Shown here: positions 52,735 through 64,000 of the stretch, in pieces | Position numbering within the stretch: position 1 is the first letter of the stretch | How the letters are laid out: the number at the start of each line of letters is the position of its first letter | Assembly (NCBI GenBank): GCA_000182565.2 | Contig: KQ257451.1 | Length of the DNA: 64,000 bases | DNA from: Spizellomyces punctatus DAOM BR117 | Taxonomy: Eukaryota | Direction: 5' to 3' (one strand) | Position numbers and translations under genes: made by a program | The notes under the pieces: model-generated | What the model was told of the DNA's origin: nothing | Database searches by the model: none | The model's input: the letters and a program-made list of their open reading frames with translations, nothing else

Positions 52735-53922
52735 ATGGTCGTTCCCATGCCTGAATCTGAACGAGGGACATACCACACGTCTCCCCTCGACTTTTCACGC
52801 GAAGCTTACAGAACTCGGCATGCACCAAGCGCCATAATTTTTGGCGATGGGTCCACTCGGTGGTCGCATGATGTTACTGTTCCTGAGCCTTTGGATGAGG
52901 AACCTGAGCCAGTATTTTATTCCCAGTGGGCAAGAGCGGGAGCGCGGTTAGACAGTGGCTTTGACTATGTACCCGTCAACCCTTTTGACGATATGTTCGG
53001 TTCCAGTGCCGAGAGCAGTTCTGAGGAGGACGAGGACGAGGAAGAAGAAGAGGAGAGGGTCGGCGTTTCGGAGGTTGGGCAGACGACTATGAGGGAGGAG
53101 GAGGAAGGACAGGCTGATGATGAGGATACTGATGAAGAACTTGACGACGAGTCAGAGACGGATGAAGACGAAGAAACTGAAGACGATGAAGAAGATGATG
53201 ACGACGACGACGATAATGACATTGAAGAAGGCAACGATCAAGCGAACAATTTTTCCTACCAATATAATTTATTCTGTGCGAGCTGCGAAGACCAATTTCT
53301 GATCTCCTTGCGACAACCCTTCTCTGGACAGTTGCAGTGTGTATTCTGTGGTCGGCCTGCTACCACCTTGCCTGCCACCGACGACGAAGAAAGTCCAAAC
53401 TTGAATACACCTACCGATTCAGATGTGCGTCGACAGCAAAATGAACAAGTGGAGGTTACACCTAATATACCACGCCAAACGCGAGAAGATGACTTTATTG
53501 CTTTGACGGATCCTTCGTCGGAATCAAATCCTTCAAGATCTTCTTCGCCTATACCGTCTGCTCCACCACCTCCACCACCACCCCCACCACTGAGACAAGA
53601 AACACAGACTTCACCCCGAACGACATCGTACCACCCGACACCACCAGCCCAAAGAATTCTCAACGCTTATCTGGAAGAGTTTGGTCCAAACCTTCCTGAC
53701 CTTGATCGGCTTGTTGCATTATGTCCATCCTTAGTTGTCGATGGAACGACATCAAACGGAGCAGCGTCATCCTCTTCCTCTTCGTCTTCGTCGTCCTCGC
53801 CGTCGTACCGAGACAGAGTGATCTCACAGGCGGATTTTGCCTCTCTTGCGCCCTTGAACTATGAAGCTGGGTGGTTAAGAAAGCGAAAGAGGGACATGGA
53901 TGATGACGGGGTAGGCAGATGA
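52735..53922 (+). CDS. Acidic low-complexity protein with a CxxC...CxxC zinc ribbon
   Basis: 395 aa intronless ORF; D/E tract, FCASC...LQCVFC, poly-Pro, C-terminal RKRKR (NLS-like). Confidence 0.75.
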   Translation: MVVPMPESERGTYHTSPLDFSREAYRTRHAPSAIIFGDGSTRWSHDVTVPEPLDEEPEPVFYSQWARAGARLDSGFDYVPVNPFDDMFGSSAESSSEEDEDEEEEEERVGVSEVGQTTMREEEEGQADDEDTDEELDDESETDEDEETEDDEEDDDDDDDNDIEEGNDQANNFSYQYNLFCASCEDQFLISLRQPFSGQLQCVFCGRPATTLPATDDEESPNLNTPTDSDVRRQQNEQVEVTPNIPRQTREDDFIALTDPSSESNPSRSSSPIPSAPPPPPPPPPLRQETQTSPRTTSYHPTPPAQRILNAYLEEFGPNLPDLDRLVALCPSLVVDGTTSNGAASSSSSSSSSSSPSYRDRVISQADFASLAPLNYEAGWLRKRKRDMDDDGVGR

Positions 53923-55113
53923 TATCGCTGGGCGTAACTATGTAGCTGTATGATAGTATGGGGAGCGGGTCGGGTCGAACAAATTTTTGTATATTTTCTA
54001 GTGGATTGGTAGGATAATTTTCAAGTGCGGGATTATATATTGATTTCGAGCCAAATCTGCTGAACAAGAGATGTAACTGGCAAACCCTGTGCTTGTCGGG
54101 CCATTAGAGTCATGATTCATTTAATTTTACTAGTACTTTGCTTCGTGCAGCAGACCTGTAAAATGCTGAAGTCTGGGATTGCAACGATGAGGTGCTTTCC
54201 GTACATATGCTACTAATACGTCTTTTGCGATCAATGATATTTGAAGGGAGTGACGACTGTCAATCTGAAAGCAAATCCTCACCCACCCTAGCCTTCTTCA
54301 ATACGATTCAGATTTTCCGTCGCTTGGTTAGCCTGGGAGTTAAATGTTCATTTGCTGGTGCTTGTGTGAGGAACCTTGAATGCCCCCCCCCCCACATCCA
54401 GGATAGGCGTGGTCGTAGCGACGTTTTTGTAAATCCACAATTGAAAATCAATGATTATCCGTGCAGATTAGGTAAAGCATCGGTATGTCCCTAATGCTAA
54501 AGTCTTGGAGTAAAGTAAAAGCGTAACACAGAATGTATACTCTAGAGTTCATTCAGAAGCTCTCTTAGAGTCATTAACATCAATGGCTGCTACCTTTGAG
54601 CTTGGCTTAACGACTGACATTAGCCTCTCCGTTTGGCGGCGCACCATGCTTTTCCTTGGGTCTAAAGAGCAGTGGTTCTCTTATACGCGCATTTGTGTTG
54701 TCCAATATGTGACTTGGGGTGCAAATTTCATAAAAAAAAGGCAACTAAAGCGTCTGAACTCGGATACTTTCAGTTGTTGAATGACACAGCTGACTGATAT
54801 CGCAGGCATGGTACATAGTTGCAGGTGATAGATGAGGGCCAACTAACCGTTCAAGGCTCGCTCGAAGACGTTGATTCTACGGAGAGGCCCCAATAAAACG
54901 GAGTTGACATTTTCAATACAACACTGCGAGTCAAGAATGTGGTCCTAAAAAGAACTCGTGAACGAAATGATCGGCGAGTGATTAAAACGTGGCGCATGAA
55001 CCTTACGTAACAGATAACATTCGCGCATCACGTGCGACCTGGGGTTATCAGATGCGGGCTCTTTTGAACTTTTTTCTCTCCAGCCGCCTTTTGACTCGGT
55101 TCGTTCCCCCAAT

Positions 55114-56286
55114 ATGTCTTCACCGCCATGTACGTGCGACCCCCCCGTCGTAGACGGCTATCGGTAAGTTGCTCACCATGTTCTTTGGTCCAAATTGTTG
55201 TTCAGTGACGGTGCACGGTCGCTAATTGTTCTTGTTTCTCCATTCTCAGATACATTCAATGGATTGGCACGTACTTTGGCGACTGTATCCGCACACCATG
55301 GGAGCAGGCGGCTTTTTGGTGCGGAATGGCAGGATTGGCATGTTTTGTCGTAGCATTGGTGCCGCAAATGGTAAGTCCGTGTTGAGATTGTATGCTACCG
55401 CGAATGAGCGCTAAGTATGGTTCTATATTTGTTGATATAAAGTGGAAAAATTATAAGCGCCAAAGCGTTGAAGGACTAAGTCTGGGGCTACTTCTCATTT
55501 GGTTGGTATTGAACGAAAACGCTTTCGGCTGTATTGCACCGCTGCTCACAAGCGGTTGAAACGTTTGTATAGGGCACTTGGCGATGTCACAAATTTCCTA
55601 GGTACCATCCTCACAAACCAGACACCCACCATGAAATATACTGGCGCATACTTTATGCTACTTTCCTTGGCCTCCTTTCTTCAATATTTCTACTACCGAC
55701 GCAAGGAGCGGAGCAGGCATATTTCTGAGGAAGTTGAGCCACTCGTCGCAAGTGATGAAGAAGTGACTGTATCTGAACGAAGGGGATATGGCACTGTGAA
55801 TCGGATCACGGTCGTAGTATCCGTTATGGTCGGATTGCTGGCATTGGTATCTGTGGCCGAGGGCCGCAGTTTGATGGAAATAATCTCCGAGTTACCTTTA
55901 TGTGATGAGACCATGTCGACCACCCTATGGATGCGGATGGTTGGGAACATTATGGCTTGGATATCGGGGCTACTCTACTTTTCAAGCAGGTACTCTTGGA
56001 ATGTCTGTGTTTCTCTGCGTTGCGTCGATCACTAAGATCACTCAATTTCAGGATTCCGCAATTAATCCAAAACCACCGAGCAAAATCCACCGAAGCCCTG
56101 AGCCTTACTGTATTCTTTCTCACGATCGTCGGAAACGTGACCTACTGTCTCTCGATCGTTCTACGAAACCCTCCATTGAACCAAGCTTTTTTCATATCCA
56201 CAGTCCCTTATTTAATTGGAAGTGCGGGCACTTTGGTATTCGATTTGATGATCTTTGGACAGGCTGCTGCATATGGACAGTTGTGA
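55114..56286 (+). CDS. PQ-loop vacuolar amino-acid transporter (Ypq/PQLC2-like)
   Basis: FGDCI, LVPQM|WKNYKRQSVEGLSL, GDVTNFLGTILTNQ, WISGLLYFSSR|IPQLIQN, PYLIGSAGTLVFD. Confidence 0.93.
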
Positions 56287-57183
56287 AAGTGACTTGCATG
56301 TATTTAAAATTTGTTATTTGGTATTTAGGGCAAGGGTTTGTAGTATTTTCCTCATCGTGGTATACAGGCCGAGAAAGTCATTCGCCAGTTGTAAGTTAAT
56401 GTATATTGTGTATGCATCAGAGGAATATAGAGGGCGCATACTTGGTATAGCAGTCAAGATGCAAATGGGTTCCCGTTGATCCCGGATACCATGGTTCAAA
56501 TATGTACGGATGTTGAAAACCATATTTTTGGCGAAATCGAGCATTCTGTGAAATCCGAGAGCAATAGTTCTACGATCGAGGTCATAGATGCACTTTGTAC
56601 CAGCTTGATCATAAAGCGCTACTCGCACTTTGTCAATATACCCCAAAGAACGGGCCACTACAGGAACAGCAAGAAGTTGATGTCATCATGTCGAAGAGAG
56701 TCTCGGTCAAGAACCCATGATCAGCATCGTATCTCAAGCAAAGTAAATGTGCTCCTCCCACCCAGTTGTCCTAGTTCCAGTCCACGTCGAACCATTTCAG
56801 GACCTCAAAGGGCCACAAATGTGCACTGTGGGAACAGGAAGCAAGAGTAGCAAGACCTCGTGCTGCAAGAGAAATGCACCGTGTTCCTCGCCATCAACAT
56901 TACATGCGGTCCCTGGCAGTCATGAGTAGTGAGCTTGTAACGGGGGAATGACCAAATATTATGGAATCGACTTGCCCCCGACTATAGCCGGCAGCCTGTT
57001 TGTGAGTCTCGACATGGTTGGAGGGAGTGGACTACATTCCATATTGCATGCATGTAGGCCACATTGTCAAGCAATATCTAATTATATTAACCACTAAATC
57101 GGGTTTAAAGACTAATGAGCTGGCGGCTCTTAAAAACATTCGGCAAATGAACGATGCTATATACAATGGCAGCAAGGGTACGC

Positions 57184-58120
57184 CTATATATCCAGATCCA
57201 CACTAAAGTGAGCATTGGGCCACGCTTCGACATCGTCATAATCCATTTCGCCCTCGTCCTGATCCCATTCTCCATCCCATTCCCCATCCCATTCCCCATC
57301 CCAATCTTCTCCCTCCCAATCTGTTTCTTCCCAATCGGCAGATCCGGTTGGCATAGTATCAGTGACGATTTCTAGACGCTCCGGCTTTTCTTCCATAATC
57401 TTATCGAGATCTACCACATTATAGCACAAAGATAGATCCAAATAGGCTAAACGCTGCGCTCTTTCGATAAGTTCATTTACCGAGCGATCGCTCACACGCG
57501 TTCCTGCTAATGCAACGGATTCCAGAAATGTGCAGTTCAGAGCAATTTCTTCGACAGATAGATCGCTGACCATAGGCATCGCTTTAAGTTCCAGAATTCG
57601 CAGCTGGTTGCAGTGTGTTGCTATTGCAAGGATTCCTTCATCAGATACTTTGTCACACTCGGACAGGGAGAGGTACTGGAGTCCAGGACAGTTTTCGGCC
57701 AAGGAGACAACACCTCTGTCTCTCAGGGCACTGCAACCTTCTAATTCAAGATATGTTCTGAAGATCGTATGATTAATTACTGATATCAGAATAATAGGAT
57801 TCCCATATAAAGTCCACTCACAGTTGCGGACATCCTTTACCAAGGGTTGTAATAGTCTGACTGTCAACTACCAGCCATCGCGGCCATGGGGAGGACAACA
57901 AATCTACCTCCCGCACAATGTTACCCAAGTTTGAGTTTTCAGATACCGTCCTGAGAAAGCTTTGAAAGGACTGGCTAGATCCAAATTTTGGTATTCTGTA
58001 CAGCAAGGGCGTCGCGAGACTGTTCCATAACTTGCATACTTGTGCTACTCCAGCTAGGGTAGGTTGGTGTTCAATCGTATGTATGATTTCCACGATGATT
58101 TCTGCTGGTAAGCGGTTCAT
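57184..58120 (-). CDS. F-box/leucine-rich repeat protein
   Basis: MNRLPAEIIVEII...VCKLWNSLATPLLY; cysteine-containing LRRs LQYLSLSECDKVSDEGI; intron about 57749-57816. Confidence 0.92.
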
Positions 58121-58617
58121 GTTGATATGGATGACATGGAGGTGAACGAACAAGGCCAGGCTCCAGGCTAGCACTGTTTTTGCCAGGATGGGAACACGTG
58201 ACAGCATCTCATGTAAGCATATGAGTCACTATCGCTTGGCCTCTCTGTAGCCCAACTTTTGCGAAACTGCAAGCACATCCACCTTATTGCCGCAGTCGTT
58301 TCCTGCATTATCATTTGAACAGTCACATCATCCTGCTAGTGGGAATAACAGAGAAACATAGAAGGAATGGCCAGACGTGTGAGACACAAACCGCCACTAC
58401 TATTCAGATAGGAAGTTTGAGCATTTCGAGTTTTGGCTTCGCACATTCGAAACGGAACGTGTGCGGCTTTGCGATAGTGAGTGGCCTCCAAAAACTTTAC
58501 AAATATGCTTCTATTACACCCTTTGGGCACATATCTTTCTTCAGCGACGTGTAAGCTTACTAAGGATGGGGACCCGTTGGGCGTCCTCAGTTCTTGTACA
58601 TTTGAGCAGACTCCAGA

Positions 58618-61600
58618 ATGAAGGTGTATCAGGCGGAATCGGGGATTCTACTCCCCACAAGAACGTTTTCCGTAACCGAAAGGTTGGTATAATTGTTCTT
58701 TGTGCAATGCGCATCATGGGGAATGTCGAGCACGTAAAGGTCGGAGGAACCATGTTCATGGGCGTGGATGGAAGTAGTTATACGATCTTCTGCAGTGACC
58801 GATACTAGCAGCATAGGATGAGTGGATTGGTAGGGGCATACCATAGCAAATATAAAAGGGCTTGCCAGGAGGGTGTCGCGATTCTGTGATAGTCATATTC
58901 ATGCTGACAGGTTTGGCTCGGCATGCCTTTATTTATCTAGCATCGATGATCTCCGACAAGAAATCTTTTCCTTGACATCTACCCCACCCCATGCGCAGAT
59001 TTTGTTGACTCCAGCTGGAGTTCAGCTAAAGCCTGAGATGGTCTCTGAGATTTTCGCAAATGCCACGAATAAGGTAATAGTCGGAGTATGGTTACTGTGC
59101 TTTTCCAAGCTGCAAGTCCTCAAAGCGTGCCTTGTAGGATGAAAGTGTGGTTTATGTTTTCAACCGTCAACTACTTGACCGAAAGACGGTGATGGCGTCG
59201 CTGATGCCTGTATCCCCAGATCTCGAGCCACCTGTTCCGCTGAACGGTGAGCATCACGATTTTCATCTGAAGCCGGTCCAAAATTGATGAAGTATATGTT
59301 GCGTTAGTTCTAATAGATATCAATCTCTCCGATACGACCACGCTCCTTGATCGCTGCAACACATACAGCCAGGCATTCCGGTCCCACGTAACATATGGCC
59401 AGGTATGCTTGCGGTATTGGTATGATTGAGAAGCTGGATAATATGCGAATAAGTATCTATTCTAGGCAACATTGGCTACACTTGTCTACCACGTATCTGT
59501 ATGCGAACGGTCACTAAATGGTATCATGGCACTAAGTGTGATTTCGTTGGTTATGAAAGAACGACTGATTTCCATGTATCGGCAAAGAGCAAAAGGCGCA
59601 GGTTGAAGCATTGAACATCGTCCTCACTAACCTAAAGGGCCATAGCCGGTGAGAGCCTGCTCCTTTTCCGTTGATGGAGTTCCTGTTCTTACCTCAAGGA
59701 CTAGCTCCCTTTGTGAAGCATTTGATGCGTTTTATCTACACGCACAAAGAGAGTTGGCCAAACATACAAATCGCCTTCAAAGGTACTGCGCGGAACATGG
59801 CAGCCAGCGAATCCGAGAGGATACGTACTGAAGTGTCGCTTGATAGTTTTCCCACAGATATGCAAGCGTTGCATCGATTGCCGATCCATCCGTCTATCGC
59901 AGATGGAAATAAGTATCTATCAGATTACGTGCCGGAAGACAAGCTCATTACCTGGGCGGATAACTGTCGAGTTGCACATGGTGTGTAAGGCACAGCGCGC
60001 ATTTGGGTATGCCACCGCCTCATGTTCGGCTTAATCATGTAGGGCAACTGGTACGTAAGGTCACAGCCTTGGCGGAAGCTGTTAAGAGCATAAAATCAGG
60101 CACCGACTCGGAGACTTCCCAGCCTTTCGACGTTAAGTATGTTCATGTACGACACCAATACGCGGTATTTTGCTGACCATATCCCTATGGTAGCTTTCGT
60201 CAGCTCGAAGCATTCCTTGCGGACGTCAAAGATGCTCGCCAGCGCGTTGAGTCTAAGCAGCAGCGGCTCGAAAGAGGTGCCTATTCTAGATAGTCGGTTG
60301 ACTATTCACGGTTGATAGCTGACATCTACCGATGTTTCTAACAGATTTTTCCCGAGTGGAAGACATTCTATCCGAGATGCAGGCCAGCACTTCGTCGGTG
60401 GTCAGCGATAAGATCACCTCTCTTGATCATCTGCACAAGATTCATCGCACCGAATATCTGCCCAGTAAGAGATCATGGCCTCTCTCAAGGTGTTGGAAAA
60501 AACCGTCGCTGAAGTCATTTGGTACCTTAGAGATTACCGAGATAGATACTTCGGTCCGGCAAATGGCATCTGCCTTCATAGAATCGAAGGTAGGAGTCTC
60601 CATGTAGTTTCTACCGTTCTAATCGGCGATATGAAGTCTCACGTCGCCGTTTTAGGTCCACCTATCTCAACAATTACAGACTCGACTTCAGTCTATATCG
60701 CACATCCAATCCCAAATTGCCTCAGTAACACCGACCTTAACTGGCTTGACTAATCTGCTAAACGCCCACATCCAAGCGTTTACCCAACTCCTCCATGTAC
60801 ATCGAATGCCGGCGGCGTGGGGAGCCACCCTTGTGGAGATTGTCCGGCGACGCGAATTTGTGAGGGTAAGGAATACGCAAGTAGTCGGATAACGTTCTTA
60901 TGACTTAGATGACTGATGGAGCTTTCCAGGTGTTCCTTGCGAAAGCGAAGGATATGGCCGAGATTTTAGCCAGGTTTCGAACACATGAGGAAAAGCGGCG
61001 GGAGGCCTTTAAGAACGAGATTGGGCGTTATTTGCCTCCAGATCTAGTCCCAGGTGCGTGACACCCTGGTCGCCAATCTGCATATTCCAACCGTGCTCAA
61101 ACATGTTGCAGGGTTGGATGATCGACCACCTATTTGCGAAGTTTCTGTCTCGAACACAAAAGACGGGTTGCCCGACATTAGCCGTGAAGACATTGCAGGT
61201 AGCTACAAAGTGCACATGCGCGGGCTACAACGGTGTACTGACATTGCTTGCAGATTTTGAAAAGCTCGTCACCAGCATACATTCATCTATGGTGGAAACG
61301 GAACCGATTGGGCCGTCAGCTAGCCAGACGCATTCCAATCATACTATCTCGAAGCTGATTGCAACCATGGTCAAGATGGCCAGTCAGGTGGACGCAACCC
61401 CTGCCGATTTCGAGAGGATTTTGAGCAAAACCGGTAGGTGGATTGTAAACGATAAGGAGGAACTATTTGTTGAACATCGTTTTAGGATTCTCCGAAAGAT
61501 TATTGAGACTGGAGGAAGAAAATATGCGGTTGCGAGCCCAACTTCAGGGAGCAGGTATTCCTCCTTCACACTTTTCCCGAAGACAATTCTTTAACCTAGG

Positions 61601-64000
61601 CATCCTTTCGGTAGCCGACGTGCAGCCGCGTATGCTCATTAGCCGCAGCCCCTCGTCAGGACCATCTGACATGCGAGACGCATCCCAAGTTTCTATGGCC
61701 CAAATGGAAGTGATTGCCCTGCGGAACAAAATGGCCGAGTACGAAGCACGGTGTGCGGTCTTAGAAACTCGGAGTCAAGAGTACGATGCGATTGCCGCAC
61801 GCCTCGTGGAAACTGAACAAGCTCTTGAGACAGAGAGGAGAAATACTACGGAATTACGAGCAACTGTGTATGAGATCGGGCGAGAGCGAGAACAATGGTT
61901 GCGGGAAAGGCAGGAATCCATTGCGATGACAACTGCAATTACGGAGGAGAACAACTCGATCAAGGCTGAGGTAGAAAAGGTAAAGCATGTCAGCCACCTT
62001 CTGGTTGTGCGTCTCCAACTTACACTTGCCGTTAGTCTCGTTCCTTCTATGATGAAGTTCGAGAAGGATTGGAAGCATGCGGACGTGCTCTGCACAGACG
62101 CAATGAAGATGAATCCACGGGCCAGAATACCGATTCCCAACCCGACATGTCGTCCACAAGTACGCGTGCTAATGCAACGCCAGATGAAATCCGCAGAGCT
62201 TTACGAGAGCTTCAGGACGATATATTGTGCCAGACCGCCCAATTGGCAAGTATGAAAGCGTCCATCACAGAGGGCGATTCGACCAGTGAGGTGAGGTGTG
62301 GCAGTTTGCACACCAGCAGGTAGTTCAATTTTGTTGACGCCATATATCTTTTTAGTCTGTGGAAGGGGAGATTGTGGCACTCTTGACCCAAGTCGGAAAT
62401 CTCCGGGAAGACCTCAATGCCGCCCAGCTGCACGTCATTGAACTACGGGACCATTTAACAGCCACCGAAGCGCGGGAGGCAATCGTTGAGGCGGATCTAC
62501 ATTCAACTCGTGCGTTACTTAAACGTGCTGAAGAAGATCTGGCCATGGCACGTCAAAAACTCAAATCGAGGGAGACCGATTTGGAGGTATGCCAGGGACG
62601 TCTGACAGAAAAGGAACACCAGGCTCTTACCGTGCAAGTGGAAGCAGATTGGCTGAAGAAACGGGTGAATGAGTTGGAGGATGTGGTTGCTGGATTGCAA
62701 GAGGACCAAAAACAGCTGAACGATGAACTGGCTTCACGACAAGCAGAGCTGGGAGCGACCGAGGCTGACATCGAGCAGACCCGGGCCACCCTCGCCGAAG
62801 CACGCCAGCAGGTTTCCACTTTGATGGAGAATCTACATGTAGCCGAAACATCGCTGCTCCAAAGGAATGAGGAAATGCAGACCATGGAAAAAGAACAGCA
62901 GAACCTTGCAGGCCACGTGGCGAGCTTAACCGAACAACTAGCGCGACAGGGTGAATGGCTCAACGAGAAAACCACCGAGATGGAGCGGCTAGTACGTGAA
63001 GTTGGAGACAAGGAATCCCAGTTGCAGGAGGCAGTTGAAAAGTCCACTTCACTACAGAACCATGTTCAAGAAAAGATCTCAGAGGTAGAGACGCTGCGAA
63101 CGACAGTCTCTCAGTTAGAGCGAAATCTTGCCAATGTTCAGCTCGAAATAGCCGAACAGACGCAGATGGCGGATGCCCTCCGCAAACAGCTGATCGATAC
63201 TGAGGGGGATTTAGCTGAACAGACGCAGATGGTGGATGCGCTCCGGAAAAGTCTGACTGCTATCAAGGAAGACTCAGCTGCTGTCCAAATAGAGTGTACT
63301 AAAACGCAGGGCAATGTCAGACAGGAGTCCGAGGATAAGAGTGATCCAATCGTTGCAGATATCCCAAAGAAACAGGATTGTGGTCCAGTGTTGGCCAATA
63401 CTGCAACATATATGCAAGCAGCGATCGGTCAGCTGATTGCCTATCATGAAGCTCTTTATTCCATTGTAACAGAGATTTGCGGATCAGAAACTGCAGAGCG
63501 CGTTCTAAGTCACGCGAGCATCCGGGAGATACTTAGCGCGGATGGCATCACCGCTGATCCCGAAATACCTGATGTTCTCGACCGCGTATGGCTCTCCCGT
63601 CTCAGTGACTCGATAAAAGAAGCTCATGAAAAGTTGATCCAAATTGGCACGGAAGTCGATCCGGCGAATGCTTGGACTCAGGTTTTGGAACGCTGGAAAG
63701 ATTTGATGGAGAGGGAGGTACCACACTTGCGAGGTGCGTTGTTGACGTTTGTCTCAGGGTGTTCATCAGGAGCTTATTCCTTCCTCATGTTGCAGAGACT
63801 TGCGTAAAGGCGAAGGAAGCTGGGCGGAATAAAATCACTTTTAAAAAGTATGTTCATGTGTCTTATTTGATGCTCTTTATACGCTATAACGGATTCTCTC
63901 TTTCAGCTTTCGCGCGAACGATTTGGCACTGTTCTTACCCACCCGGAATCCCAAAGGTAGAACTATCATGCCTCTTGAACGAACGTTTATGCATGTATTG
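58618..64000 (+). CDS. ATG11: Atg11/FIP200 selective-autophagy scaffold (3' end beyond window)
   Basis: Ubl-like MKVYQAESG...IDDLRQEI...QILLTPAG; WGATLVEIVRRREF; long coiled coil; start of claw domain KITFK|FRANDLALFLPTRN. Confidence 0.95.

Noticed and set aside
56314-56929. Short ORFs between the PQ-loop and F-box genes
   Set aside because: No motifs or consistent splice structure; cannot be supported as a gene.
63148-63255. 21 aa near-duplicate (AEQTQMADALRK / AEQTQMVDALRK) in ATG11
   Set aside because: An ordinary three-heptad coiled-coil duplication.

Overview
Compact, intron-rich eukaryotic genomic DNA. The axonemal dynein chain WDR63/DNAI3, together with fungal-type Gyp1, Pcf11, Rcf2, Atg11 and Trs33, points to a zoosporic fungus (chytrid-like). 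This taxonomy is inferred from gene content. About 30 protein-coding genes were rebuilt by hand across short (~50-80 nt) GT-AG introns, many in head-to-head pairs 150-250 bp apart. No rRNA, tRNA, CRISPR or intact transposon was seen. Top leads: (1) a secreted, probably GPI-anchored protein in which an agrin-NtA/TIMP-like domain appears split by a ~330 aa GPGG elastomer-like insert; (2) an H/ACA-like structured RNA in the long first intron of the NGDN/LCP5 gene; (3) the four ~260-290 nt introns found all carry stem structures, notably a long rod in PCF11; (4) a protein fusing a Shg1/BOD1-like N-terminus to an Sgf29-like tandem Tudor; (5) a Frizzled/Smoothened-like GPCR without a CRD; (6) positionally recurring promoter motifs and two GC-AG introns. 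All homology calls come from motif recognition; no searches were run.
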